DNA of 64,000 nt from the human T2T-CHM13v2.0 reference genome, Homo sapiens. Under the pieces are notes generated by a model. The model made no database searches and was not told the DNA's origin. It saw nothing but the letters and a program-made list of their open reading frames with translations. The DNA lies in NCBI RefSeq assembly GCF_009914755.1, contig NC_060931.1; one strand, 5' to 3'. Position 1 is the first letter of the stretch. The number at the start of each line of letters is the position of its first letter. The position numbers were made by a program, and so were the translations under genes. Below are positions 1 through 14,448 of the stretch, piece after piece.

Positions 1-182
1 GACTATGTAGGGAAGAAACGTACACCTGTTTTCAACCTTCCAACATTCCTGTCAAGTTACCAGGCATATGAGTATAGCTGTCTTAGAAAATGCCTGATTT
101 CATGACCCACAAAACAGTTTGATACAAATCGTTATTAAACGACTACCTTTTGGGGTATTTTTACACCGCAACAGATAATTAG
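1..182 (+). mobile_element. MLT1-family MaLR LTR, 3' end fragment
   Basis: ttaaacgactaccttttggggtatttttacaccgcaacagataatt resembles the MLT1 3' terminus (TTAAGCCACTAAGTTTTGGGGTAATTTGTTACGCAGCAATAGATAAC). Confidence 0.55.
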
Positions 183-1551
183 ATGGACAGATAGGTAGGT
201 AGTCAGCTAGCTAGCAAGATAGATAAGCAACTTAGTATCAGAATCCTGTTAGTATAGCTGTAAAAATAGAGATGTTTCAATTACATTATTTCTGACCTAA
301 ACACTCTAATTCATAAAGTTAAGAATTTACTCCAGTTTCTTCTGTCCATTTTGAAGCATTTTCTCAGGCATTTTGGTAAAATCTCTAGGCCAAATAATAG
401 AGAACAGAATAAATAATTAAATCATTGCTAGGCATTAATTATGGCAAAGATATTTGGACAACTGCCTCTCAGTTTAAACCAGCTGAACTGTGACAATGCA
501 CATGATTTTAAAAAGACCTTCATTGTAGTTCATGCTCTATTTTCTAAGAGAAAGGTGTCTGTCCCCTGACACTTCTTAAAATAATCACAGTGAAACAGAG
601 ACTAAGCTCCTGGGATATATATTAATTACCCTGTAGTATAGGAGCTGAGATTCCCTGGAGATGAGGACAAATTGTGAAGGGTCAGTTTCAAAGTAAGTAT
701 TATGAGGTAGATTAGAAAACAACTGTTTTCTTAGAGAATAAATTTAGCATTATTTGGTCATTATTAATTAAACTTGTAAATGCTAATCATAAGCAAATTA
801 GCCAACATATATGCTTTTAAGCGTGTAATTTCTGCTCACTTTTTTTCTGAGAAATTTTATTGTGGAATATCAATTATATATATATATTTCTCCACGAATT
901 AGAGGGCGCAAGTTCAGCATACCAATTCTATGATGATTTATATGAGATTAACAGATGATTATCAAGGGCTTACTTTATGTTTTGGTACAGTGCTTGCTAG
1001 TGTCTATGATTGTCCATGAAATTCTGGGCAATATTTTAAGGTCTAAAAAAATTAACTCAAGCTTTATATTTTTATAAACTATAACTTCCTACTGTATTTA
1101 TAGATAGTAAAAGGGTTAAATGCACCATCGGTTTCTTCTCCTTGAAAATTCTGAACACCTGAAAGGTCAGCACAAAAATGGTAGCAAAACAGATACAAAA
1201 AATGCAAGATGTCAAATATAAACTTTAATTTCTGATCTGTGGAATCAAACACACTCACTGGGTCACAATTGTAAATTCAAGACTGTAAACAACTCATTGC
1301 ATTTTCTGATAACTGAAGTGACAAATTGCTAACTTGAACAAGCATCAATGTTGTTAGTCCAGATTTTGGCATTTGCACTTGAATAAAATTTTTCCTTTCA
1401 TTCAGTGTGAGCCCAAATGAAGCTCCTGTCTTTAAAGTTTATTTTTCCTTAAAATCTTCTTATTTAAATAAAACTTAAATAAAAACTTATCTACAATAAA
1501 CTGAAAAGTTAAAAAGCTGAGAGATGCTTGAAATATATATATGTTTGAAAT

Positions 1552-1553
<2 letters not shown>

Positions 1554-1593
<40 letters not shown>
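1554..1593. repeat. (AC)20 microsatellite
   Basis: Read directly; source of the VCVCVC ORF 1432..1620. Confidence 0.97.
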
Positions 1594-1596
<3 letters not shown>

Positions 1597-3067
1597 AATA
1601 AGCTCTTCATGGAGCCACAAAGAGGCATCTATTTATTTATGATTTCTGGGTGTCTTTCATGATTTATTTTCAAACATGACTTACACTTGCACTCAGAAAT
1701 ATACTATTGTTTTCTTTCTAAAAGTATTAATTGGATTAAATAGAACATTAAATAGAACATTTTATATTTTCTATTGTAATTGCTTTTTGATTTTTATATA
1801 TAATTATCTACATAAATGAATATACTGAATTCTCCCTGATTAATATTTTTGAGTAGCTATTACTTCAAATAGTAAATAGGAATAGTGAAGAATGCAGTTA
1901 TGTGAAAGAAAAGATTCCATCACACATAGAGCTTTAAATAAATAGTTTTAAAGTTTATGTGTATATTGTATAAGTGCTTATGAATTTTATAGTTAAGGAT
2001 ATTCCTTAATATACTGTTTTGAAAAGATGAGTTTGTGTGTTTTTTAATTATCTTTATTCTTTAGCTAAACAGGAAGCTATAGAGAGAAGGGGAAAGATGG
2101 AAAAAAATCAACAAAATGCACTCATAATGATCTTTTTTCATAGTAACAAGATACTTATAATGGATAATCTCAAATAACTGATAATCTTGTAGATATGCAA
2201 GGTATATAATATAATTTGTAAAAAAGGGACACACATGCGCACATTTGAACATATGCTTTTTTCCTCTCTAATTTAAAATAGAATTCAAATTTAATATAAG
2301 CCAAACAGAAACAACTCTCTAAATGCCACTAAATTCTCAAAGTTTAGCCAGTAAGAAATATCAGCTATTAAATAAAGGTGCTCATATCTAATATATTGGA
2401 TCATAGGAAGAAGTTTCTGAAGATACATTTACAAAGTAAAATGCTGAAACCCCCTTCACTTCAAAATGCATGCTTAATGCTACTGGGTCAATGCCCTTGG
2501 ACCAAGACACTGTGAAGCCACACAAAAAAATCAGCAGAAATAGGTCTTTATAAAAAGGAGCAGTCTAATAAGAGTGAAAAATGTGAACAAAATGTAATAA
2601 CACAATATCGAATGTGAAAGGTTTCAGTTAGAGACATATAACATTTCACAGGAGCTACCAGAAGGAAAATATTGCTTTACTTGTAAAAGATCCTGCAAAC
2701 TTCCTTTCAAAAATCTGATGAGATATTTTTGGAGGAGTAGGGAAGGGAGTAGCGGGCAAAGACTGCCAGTGATCTTTGAAGCTGTTTGGGTAAAGGCCAC
2801 ACCTGCTCTGCTGTGGAGGAAACTTTAGCAGGGCACATGCATTCCAGACAGATCTGTCTTTTGAGAGACCACAAGACCAAGAATACTGTCACAAGGAGGA
2901 GAGGAACATCACTGAGTCAGGTGTCAAACCGTGAGCTGCAAGATTTATAGTCAATACAAGTGTTCCTTCCTCATCCATTTGGTACTTGAGTTCAGATCAT
3001 GAGTTTAAGTAGTGTGAGTTTGGATATACAGGGATATTTGCACTGCATTTTTCACATTGCAAAAGTC

Positions 3068-5500
3068 AGCTTTATATGGTATAATTTGCACACATTAACA
3101 TTGAAAAAAAGAAAACCCTGCAAAGCATAAGGACATTTGCATTACTCTGTATAGTTACATGGTAACTCTTTATAGTTCATTTCCTCCACTACCCATAGAA
3201 CCTTTCAACCAATGACTTGCTTTTTGTTATTACAATGTTGCCTTATGTAGAATTTCAAATAAACAAAATCATACGGTATGTACTTTCTCCATGTCTTTTT
3301 CATTTAGCGTAATGCTTTTAAGATTCACCCATGTATTTGTGTTTCCCAGCGGTTTGTTACATTGATTGCTTAGTTTCTTTTTGAACTGATTCTATTGCAT
3401 GAATATATTACAATTCATTTACCCACTCACCAGTTCAAAGGTGTTGGGATTGTTTATCCTGTTATTAATAAAACTATGATCATTCAAACATAACTTTTTT
3501 GTGGACAAGTGTGTTTTCCTGGAAATGAAATAGCTGGGTCATATGATAAGTGTACATTGAGCTTTATGACATTGACAAACTGCTATCCACCATGGCTGTA
3601 CAGGTTTGCATACCTGCCAGCAACGTAAGAAGAGTTTCAGTTGCCTCACATTTTTTTGTCAAAACATGGTGTTTTCATTCTTCTAAATTTGAACCGTTCT
3701 AATTTTTTTAGAAATATCTTATTGTGGTTTTTTTTAGTTCTCTAATGACTAATGATGTTGAGCATATTTTAGGTGCTTATGTATTCATTTACATCTTTTG
3801 TCCAGTTAAATTTTTTGGCCTAATATTGAGTTATAAGGGTTTATTATATATTTTATATACAAGCCATTAAGAAAATATATGATTTGTAAATATTTTCTTC
3901 TAGTGTGTGGCTTAGATTTTCATTTTCTTAATGGTATTTTTGAAATGCAAAAGTTTTAAGTTTTAATGAAGTTCAATTTATCAGGTTTTTTTCTTTTTTA
4001 TGGATTGTACTTTTGGTGTCATATATGAAAACTCATTGCCTAACAAAGGTCATGAAGATTTTGTCCTTCTTTCTTCAAAGAATTTTATAGTTTTAGCTCT
4101 TACATTTAAATCCATGATCCATTTTGATTTAATTTTTGCATATTTTGAGTTAAGCGAATTCATCTTTTTGTCTATGGTTATCCAATTGTCCCAGCACCAT
4201 TTGTTGAAAAGATTACACTTTACCCATTGAATTTTCTTGGCATCTTACTCAAATTCAATTCACCATGGATGTAAGAGTTTATATCTAGATTCTCAACTCT
4301 GTTCCATTGTATTATGTAAGGTTTTTTTTTTGTGTGCTAAAATTATACCTTGATTATAATAGCTTTTTAATAATTTTAAAATTGGAAAGCATTAAGTCTT
4401 ACAGTCTTTTCTCAACATTATTTTGGATATTCTGGGCTGTTTACATTTCCATATACATTTTAGAATCAGCTTGCCAATTTCTGCAGAAAAGCCTGCTATG
4501 ATTTTGAAAAGTATTCTAATAACTGTGTATTAATTTGTAGAGAATTTCCATTTTAAGTTATTCTTCCAATCAAGTGACATACTGTACCTCTCTATTTGTT
4601 TTGGTCTTTTTAAATCTCCCCTAAAAATATTTTACAGTTTTCAGTCCTTTCACATATTTTGATAAGATTATCTTTAAGTGGTACATAATATTTTATGTTA
4701 ACCAGTAAATGGTATTTTTAATTTTCAATTTCCATTTTTGTTGTTAGCATTTAGACATAAATTAATTTTTACATAAAAATTGCCTTGAATATTTCCCCTC
4801 CCTACACTTGCTATTTCTAATAGCTTTTTAATAGATTCCTTATAATTTACTTTGTGTATGTTCAGGTTATCTGAATTAAGACAGTTTTATTTTTTCCTTT
4901 CCAATATTTATGTTTTCTTTCTTCTTTTATTTTCTGTGTTTTCACCTTATACTGGCTAGACCTTCCATTATTAAGATGAATAGAGGTGGTGAGAGAAAAT
5001 CTTTGCCTTATTCCTGAAGTCATAGGTAAGCATTCAAACTTCCAACTTGCAATATAATTTTAGCATTGGTTTTCCATAAATCTTATTGACTAGGTTGAAA
5101 AAAATCACCTTCTATTGCTACATAGGTGATAGATTTTAAAATCAGGAATAGATGTTGGATTTTTTGAAGTGCTTTTCCACATTTATTAAGGTAGTTATGT
5201 TGATTCTTTTCCAGTCTGAAAATATAGTGAATTATATTGATTGCTCTTAGAATATTAAATTAACCTGTATTCCTGAGATAAGGCTGACTTGGAATGGTGC
5301 ATAATATTTTAAATATATTGTTTGATTTAATATGCCAACATTCGTTTGTAAAATTTTATCCCATGTTCATGAGACATATCTGTCTGTAGTTTTCATGTAA
5401 TGTCTTTTCCTAGTTTTGATATAAAGGTAATGCTGACTCCACAGAATTGGAGGGAAAATCTTTCTTCCTTTGTTATATTCTGAAAGAGCTTGTGTAAAAT
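3068..5500 (-). mobile_element. Old L1M (L1MB/MC/ME-type) 3' UTR plus ORF2 remnant
   Basis: T-rich antisense L1 motifs: tttatatggtataatttgcac, gctgggtcatatgataagtg, ttgtcccagcaccatttgttgaaaaga, gttttgatataaaggtaatgctgac. Confidence 0.85.
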
Positions 5501-6020
5501 CTAATAGCTTGGTTTTGTTTTGTAACATTCTTTAAAACACTTTTTGTTTTGTTTGCTTTGTTACATTCTTTTCTGCCTTTTTTTAATCTCATGTCAGTAG
5601 GCCCATGATAGATCTTCAACTTGGCTTTCCTCCATTAGGTCACTGAATGCTCTTAAGTAAGTTGTGTTTTTTTATTTGTTGGTTCATAATTTTGTGATTC
5701 CTTAGAACACAAAATTGTTCTAAGGAATCGTGAAGATCAAATTGTTGACAAGCAGAGTAGCATCTCCTCTTTTGAGCTGACATCCAATGAGCAGAAAAAT
5801 CCAGTCCCTCTCTAGCAACAGGTCTCCCAACGTGTGTAGCAAGAAAGTTTGCTCCACTGCAGAATCTGGGAGCTACTTGGCTCACCAGAGCAACTTTCCT
5901 GCAAATCCATAGCCAACAGGTGGGTGTAGAGTCCTGACTCCTCAAAAAATCCACACCAGGAGCTGTTTGCTTGTTTGTTTATCCAACAAGGGGTAGCAGG
6001 CACTCTTCTCTGTAGCTAGT

Positions 6021-6422
6021 CATTTATTCAATCATTCAACAAATATTTATGAAAACCTACTGTGTTAGAAAGTATTCCTAGCACATAGAACACACCAGGA
6101 AGCAAACTGAAAAAGATCTCTGTGCTCTTGGAGTTTATTGGGGTTTAAAGGTGATGAACCATAAATATAATAAATTATTAAATAATATGGTATGCCAAAA
6201 AGTGGTAAATGCTGTCAAAAGAAGAAAAGTATGACAGTAAAAAAGACCTCAAATTTTAGGGAGAGAAAGTTTGCTGTATTAAATGGGATACTTAGGAGAT
6301 TCTTCTCATTGAGAAGATATTAGAGAAGACTTGAAGGGCATGAGCAATGGAATCAAGTGACTTTCTAGGGAAGAGCATTCCAGGGAGCGGGAATAGCTAT
6401 GGCTAAGGCTTCAAGGCAAGGC
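6021..6422 (-). mobile_element. L2 3' end fragment
   Basis: catttattcaatcattcaacaaatatttatgaaaacctactgtgt is the antisense L2 terminus; later gggaagagcattccagggagcgggaatagc. Confidence 0.75.
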
Positions 6423-8013
6423 ACATGCCCCTCTCTGCATTCTGGCATCAAGGAAGAGGTCCATCCTCTACTCATCCTCTGAGGATTTAGGCTCTGCCAT
6501 CATTCATAGCCTTGTTTCCTTCCCAGTGGGAGGTGAGAAGAAGAGGGAGTCACAGTTGTATTCAGAACTTGACTCAGCTTTTCAGAGTTCCTCTCCTACG
6601 AAGTATGCATTGGAGGCACTGTCCAATAATGAATACTAGCCCAGCTTGTCACTTTAATATTCCAGAATGAGACACATAGGAAACCAATTAATATGTCACT
6701 GACAGAGACTATTGTATATCATTTTAAGGTAGGACAGTCCTGATGACAAATAGCATAACACAAGCAAAATGATAATTAGTGTTTGATTTGTTGCTGAAAA
6801 CGCCTGCACAGAATTGCTCCTTTTTTTTTTTTTAACTTTAAAATAGCCAAGCAGAACAGCTTATCTAAATGCAAAAAATGCATTATTTATGATTGGTTTT
6901 CATCTATTCAAAGATATCAGATTTTAAGTTCCTGTAGTATCCTTGGGATCCGTCTATCTTGGGATCCATCAAGAACATTGGGAAGTAAGATAAACCTGAA
7001 GGCAGTATCATTTATAAAAAAAATATAACATCGAGGCCTTGAATATTCAACAATTTATATACCTGGCATTTTCTTTATTAAAAATGTATTCCTCTATATT
7101 TTCTTCTTAGTATCTGATTAATATCTTAGTACCTGATTATTATCATAATCTAGTACTGATGGGTTGAATTGTTTCTTTTCTTTTGTAACAACTGGAATAA
7201 TTTGTCGATCTTTCAAGTCTTTCAAATGCAAAACATGAAATAAAAATTACATTACATCATAAAAATTACAGTAGTTGGTTTGACAGCTATTTTAAAGTTA
7301 AACCTGTATTTTTCAATAAATTTCCAAACCTTTTTGTGGTATCGAAATGTACATATTATGTAATACATGTAATTTTAAACATTATGTAAAATTTCCTTTG
7401 AAATGTTTTAAATACAAATGTGAAATGTTTTAAATACAAATGTGTATGCATACATATGAACACATATGCATTAAATACATGTATATATTCATGGCAAAGT
7501 CATTGAATACACTTCAGACCTAGTCTTACTTTGGTTCTGAATAATAATAAGCATTTAAAATGTACATACATGATTTTCCAGGGCAAGAATTTTCACATTT
7601 GAAAGGAGAATTGTATTAATATTAGACCTTTTATATAAAATAATAGATACGTTAATTATTGTATGAACCTGGGCATATTTATTGTTCACTAAAGATTTAG
7701 AGGTATGTTTGTGTCTCACTCAAGTTTTTATCGAGCCAATCAGAAAAGTTGTAACATTCTGGCTAAGAAATCCAGTTGGATTTAGTAAAAATTTATTTAT
7801 ACAAAGTTCCAAGAACCCTAAGTGTTTCATTTTTAGAAAACAAATTTAAATAAAATTGCTTTGGGCAAACATGTGAATAAATCAAACCAAGTGAACATAA
7901 AAAATGGCACAAAGGTCAATAGAAGTGAGAGTATAACATTTTTTTAAAAATACAGATTAATGAGAAGATAGCAACCTAAAACATTTTTAAATGCTTTTTA
8001 GTTCTAAGACCCA

Positions 8014-9235
8014 TTTATTAGCTTTCTAGGGCTGCCATAACAAAGTACCACATATTGGATGGCTTAAACAACAGAAATTTATTATCTTACAGTTCTGGAG
8101 GTCAGAAGTACAAAATCAAGGAGTCAAGAGGTTTGATTCCTTCTGAGGGCTTGTTAGCAGTGGTGAATCCATACGGGCGAGTCTGCAGTGACTCCTCGAA
8201 GGAAAGAATTTATCTGAGGGGCATAAGGCAGAGTGAGAGAGTGAGGCAAGTTTTAGAGCAAGAGTGCAAGTTTGTTAAAAAGTTTTAGAGAAGGAATGAA
8301 GGGAAGTAAATTTCAGTTGGAAGAGGGCCAAGCAGGCAACTGGAGTGATCCAAGTGCCCTGTTTGGCCTTTGACTTGGGCTTTTATACATTGTCATGGTT
8401 CCAGGGCTTTTGTACCTCTCCTCTCTCCGGTTTTCCTTGGGGTGGGCTGACTGCATGTATAGTGGCCTGCCAGCATTTAGGAGGGGCTGCATGTGCAGTG
8501 TGTTTACTGAAGTTGTACATGTGCTCATCTGAGGTGTTTTTCCCTTACCAGATGAATGTTCCTATGGGAAGATCATATACCAGTTAAACTCTGCAATTTT
8601 CCTCTTAGTGCACATGCTTGAGCCCACTCAAGAGGGAAAAAAATAATCTCTTGATTTGCAGTTTATGAATTCTGCAGCTACTAATTCATCTTGAAAGACT
8701 TCAAATTTAAGCAAGCTTCATAAATATACTGATAGTGAATGTGTTCTGAGATCTCACCAGGAAGTTGGTGATCACCAGCTTCAGGTGTTTTCTATCCATA
8801 GGGAGACTGCCTTTCCCTAGCACCAGCTGCAACCAATTATTATTTTAGAGATACAGTTGAACAACGGCCTGGCCATCACCTGATGGTCACCTGACATTCC
8901 TGGGGCTCTCCTGCCCTGCTCATGTCTGCCTAGTTACCTACTCTAACAGGCTGTGAGGGAAGAATCTAGGCCTCTACACTTGGCTTAAAGATGATCATCT
9001 TCTCTCTGTGTCTTTTCACATTGTCTTTCCGTAATGTGTATCTTGACTTTGTGTACAAATTTTTCCTTTTTATATGGATACCAGTTATATTGTCTTAAGA
9101 GTCCACAATAATGAGCTCGTTTTAACTTGATCTCCTTTGTAATGACCCTATCTCCAAATAAGGTCAGACACTGGGAGTTAGATCTCCAACATATCTTTTT
9201 TTTTTCCTTTGGGAGAAACAATTCATCCTGTAATA
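8014..9235 (-). mobile_element. MLT1B-like MaLR LTR, split by a MER50-like LTR (pieces 8014-8151 and 8949-9235)
   Basis: tttctagggctgccataacaaagtaccac...ttccttctgagggct continues after the insert as gtgagggaagaatct...gaccctatctccaaataaggtca...acaattcatcctgtaata. Confidence 0.85.
8152..8948 (-). mobile_element. ERV1 MER4-group solo LTR (MER50-like)
   Basis: TG...CA termini (tgttagcag...ctctaaca); 4-bp TSD GGCT at 8148-8151 and 8949-8952; RC start TGTTAGAGTAGGTAACTAGGCAGACATGAGCAGGGCAGGAGAG. Confidence 0.82.
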
Positions 9236-9685
9236 TCTTAGAAAATCAAAATAGAACAAAATTAATATTGCACAATTTCACTTAGCACACAAATTATAAA
9301 GTTAGCTATTAACTTGAAGCAGCATATTACACGAATTGTCATACTCACAAAGTGTTTCCTCATCTAAGGCTACATACTTTTGCCTAGTGTTTTTGTTTGT
9401 CTAGTTTGTTTGTTTCTCTGTCAGAATCTCACTATCCAAATCACCTATTCTCACTTAGAGCAGAGTTGGAACACATGTGATTAAACTGAGAGAATCCACT
9501 CCAATAATTAGAGAAGATTATATCAACTGTTTCTGCCTCATGGACACAGGGAAAAAATTGTCTGTCTGGTTGAACACACTCACTACCAGTATATTTACAA
9601 AGCTTACTTATATTTGAAGTCTTTCAAGATGAATTAGTAACTACAGAATTCATAAACTGAAAATCAAGGGATAATTTTTCCTTCT
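8631..9685. repeat. Long inverted repeat: arms 8631-8746 and 9572-9685
   Basis: Manual alignment gives 12 substitutions and 2 gap positions over 116 columns (~88%), with a perfect core tactaattcatcttgaaagacttcaaat. Confidence 0.95.
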
Positions 9686-9848
9686 ATTTGCATTAATCTT
9701 TCTCACTACTATAAAAAAGAATGTGTTTTTATTTATGTTATACTATCTTAGTAATGCAGCTAAACAGAAAAAATGGCAATTATTTACATCCCCAAATTCT
9801 CAACCCAGCAGACTTATTTTGCTTTTATCCTCTTTCTTGAGTAAGTTT

Positions 9849-10614
<766 letters not shown>

Positions 10615-11399
10615 GTTTTGTCTGGGCCTATATTGGGAGTAAATATATATGAATAAGAGAAGCTACATAATTTTACCTTATTCTATAATCAAATTGACTA
10701 CAATATTACATTTCATTTTAATGTTAAGGCTATGAAAGGCCTGAAATTACTTGGTATCATAAACATAATTTCTGTGATCTATTTATATATTCTGCTTTTG
10801 CTATATTCCATGCAATATTTTGATTATTTCTATTTCATGATAAAGCCAGGAAGATATTTGATGATGATTTCAAATATACAAAGTTTTTCTACACAGAATT
10901 CTGAAATTCCTATCTATTTGCGACCTAGATATTTCTTGAGTTCTGTCTCTCTGTTCAATTTCTATAACTACTTATATATTTAAAATCTGCATCTCTTTTG
11001 TCTAGACCAGACATGTTTTACTTGAATTTGCAGTTTCTACCTAATACTACTCAAATCCTTTTTTCCACAATGCAAAAGGATAATCTCTCCTACTTGGAAA
11101 TCATAATATGTAATTGTCAGGGCCACCACTGCCCTACATGGTAGCTTTGTGAATTAGAAAAAGGGTCTTTTCCTTCAAGTCAAATAGAATTTAAGTCAGT
11201 AGACTACGACCTAAATAACTATCCTTGGGATAATCCAGGGAAAGTGGGAACTTGGGCTGTTCTCTCTTGATGGTTGAGGATGGGAGTGCTTGTTGGTTGG
11301 CAAGAGAAAAGTGGAAAACTTCAATGTATAGAGCAGGCTGTCCCATTTTAACCAATTAGCCATTACTGTAACAGCAATAGAAGGGCAGCTGGCTTTCTA

Positions 11400-12035
11400 T
11401 GCTTTCTGGTATGATACATATGAACCAGTATAATCTATGAAGTAGTCTTGGCAAAATGATTGTAATCAGCACTTACTTTTAGGTCTAACTTCTAGTTAAC
11501 AGAAAATATAGACAACAAAGCTATAAGTTAAACATCGTCAAAAGAACACAAGCAGGCAAATTTAAAAGGTAAGACATTCTATAGGACAACTGGCCTTCTA
11601 TCTTTAATAATGGATGCCGTGAAGAAAAGGATTTGTGGTAGGTTAAAATTCATTTAAAAGCTACAGTGACCACACATGGCATAGCTCATGACTGGTTACT
11701 GACTGATTGATTAAACTAATGAGCTATATTTGTTGAGGCCCCTGGGAAAATCTGAATATAAACTTGTCATTAAATGCTATTTTGGGATTATTGCCAGCTT
11801 TGTTAGGTTAGATAATAATATTGTCAGTATGTAATAAAATATACTTACTTAGGAGCGAAATGTGATAATAGCTGCAATTTACTTTTAAAAACTTCTGTGA
11901 AAAAATAGTTGAAGAAATTATGGCAATGTATAAACAATTGTTAAATTTACATGCTGTCATAGACATGTAATTATGTTATGCAGTCTTTTGACTTTTACAT
12001 ATAGTTGGAATTCTTTATAATAAATTGTCAAAATA
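11400..12035 (+). mobile_element. L1MC/L1ME 3' end fragment
   Basis: taatctatgaagtagtcttggcaaaa, gacattctataggacaactggcc, gggaaaatctgaatata...ttgttaggttagataataatattg. Confidence 0.6.
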
Positions 12036-12067
12036 CTGTAGTACTTTAAAAATTATGAATGTAAAGC

Positions 12068-12916
12068 TACAGTTTCAGTTCTGACGTGTAAAGAACTTGG
12101 AAGTTGTCATTCCCACTCTTTTAGCAAATAATAGGAAGAAAAAGCTTGGAATAAAAGACTTTTGTTGGAGCCATTAGATAATTGACTTTGAAGGTTAAAT
12201 AATCAGCCAAATTTAGAAAGACAGGTGTTATCCAGAGAGATACAGATGAGACTTCTTACTTTGACCAGAAGATACTGGAGCTATAAACTGGGAGAAACAT
12301 ATAAATAATAATTTTGGAAAACTTCTGAAAATTATAGAATTCTCCCCTTGCCTATTGCTTATCAACATAGCAACAAGACTCTTGTGTAATAACTGGATTA
12401 TAGCTGAAAGAGCTGGAAGGCCAGATCTCTATATGAGGAGGAGTTCTTAGGGAAACACACAGAGAAACAGGGAACAAAAACAAGGACATTAGAGAAACTC
12501 AAAGTCTATGGTACCTAGAGCTACAGCAAATATTAAACACAGCCCAACCCTCACAGAAATTAACATAAATCCTCACACTGTTAAGCTTGGTTTCTGTTAC
12601 CCAATATATCATGTCTGGCTTAAAAAAATTCGAAGCCATGACGAAAGTCAAGAAAAATTCTGTCTGAAAAAACACAGCAATCATCAGAACCAGATTCATA
12701 TGTGACAAAGATGTTGCAATTATCATGTAGAAAATGTAAAATAACTATAAATATATTTAGGGCTATAGTTAAAAAGTAGACATGTAAGCATGCATGAGTA
12801 ATTTAATCATACAAATGTATAATCTAAGAAAGAATCAAAAGAATGTGCTAGAAATAATAATTAAAAACAAACTATAAAGAAGGCTTTCGTAGGTTTATCA
12901 GTAGACTCATACAACT
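12068..12916 (+). mobile_element. Old L1M 5' UTR / ORF1 start fragment
   Basis: ctgacgtgtaaagaacttggaagttgtcattccc 5'-end motif; ORF1-like gatgttgcaattatc...aagaaagaatcaaaagaatgtgctagaaata...tcagtagact. Confidence 0.6.
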
Positions 12917-13498
12917 AATTAATGACTCTTATTTACCCGTTAATATTCATTCATTTCACAGCTCTAGCTTAGCCATTACTTTTTAAAAAATACATTCTCT
13001 AATGAATATATCCCTCCATGTTTTATTACCTCATTGACTGACTACCCATCTCTTAGGGCATCACATACACCAGGCTTTTTATGACCATGGTGTATGCAAT
13101 ATTGATCATCTTGTTATTATCATTTTTTATGAGTCAAGGCTAACTCAGCATAATGCCAAAATATGCTGAAGAATTGTCAGTAAATTGGATATTTTCCGAA
13201 GCTCTAAATGTCTATATTAAAGAGGTCAAACATCTGAGATATCTAATTTACTTTTTAAATCATTGTTTGGCATCCAGAGATCAATATTTAGAAAACTTCT
13301 CTAAAGCCACTCTAAGTTATAATACAAGAGTTGTAGTTCAAAAAAGAATATAAATTTTGATTAGAATAAGCTAATAATGGAATATGCATCTAATTTTTTT
13401 ATCCAAAGAAAACAACTCTTAGACATATTATTTGAAATGCAAAAGATAGCTTTAAATAATGAATGTTTATTTTCTTCCCCTAGGTTTGACCTTAATAA

Positions 13499-13951
13499 AC
13501 TTTAAGAGACAATTCTCCTTAGGTCTCTCATGTTTCTGCACATCTTGTGAGCAGAGACACTGACTTTCATTGTTCTGAACTATATTTTCAAGGACACTTC
13601 TATAGTGAACAACTTTGAAAGACATAATGTTTCCCTCCAGAGCAAAGTACAAATGGAATTATGCTCATTATAAAAGACTCAGGATCTTTAAGATCATGGT
13701 TCATCCCCTGTAATATAATCCATTATGTGTGCAGTTATCACCTGCCCTCTGCATTGCCATATAGGAATTCAGGCTCAGAAACTCAGCCAAATGCTGATAG
13801 TCTGACTGCAGCTATTGCTATGAGTAATATACTGTCCTTTGTCTCCAATCCAGGAGTCTCAAGTCTTCTGCCAGAATTCATGATACGATAGTAAACTAAC
13901 TTGTAAGCTTGCAAGTATTGTAAAATATCATGTCCTTCACAGTTCTTAACA
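13499..13951 (+). mobile_element. LTR40 (ERVL) solo LTR
   Basis: gagacaattctccttaggtctctcatgtttctgcacatcttgtgagcagag...gctattgctatgagtaata...ccttcacagttcttaaca. Confidence 0.8.
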
Positions 13952-14400
13952 TATACTAGAGAAAAAAAAAATGCTTTCATTTGTGACCGGGAGCTGCTTT
14001 CTAAGCAGTAACTAATCAGGTCAGGCATGAATTCTTCTGAAACTATTAGTAATAACATAACTCATGAAAGAAGTAGTCCCACAGTAACTGAAGTGTTAGT
14101 TGGAAATATTGAGCATTTTATGATACTAATGTATTCAAGTGGATAAGAATGGCATCTTCCTTCTTGTAATTCAGAGCCTAGGTGTGTGTTTGGCAGGGGG
14201 GAGGGGGTAAAACAATATACTGTGATGTATTTCCAGGATTCCTTACTACTATGTTAGTCAAAGAGCTAAACATAGACAGATCCATTAAATTATTCAAATT
14301 CATGTCTTCAGGTTGTGGTTGGTGACAGACAGGGAAAGAATATGGGAACACAGACAGGTTTGCCAGAGCTTTTATTTTTACACAGGCTGAAAATAAACCT

Positions 14401-14448
14401 GAGAGTGAAGAGAAAGAGAAGAGAGAGGGAGAGAGAGAGAGAGAGAGA
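14401..14448. repeat. (GA)n purine-rich tract
   Basis: Read directly. Confidence 0.85.

Noticed and set aside
11118-11397. Possible hAT-Tip100-like element starting cagggccaccac
   Set aside because: Only the first ~50 bp are suggestive; no matching TIR or TSD confirmed.
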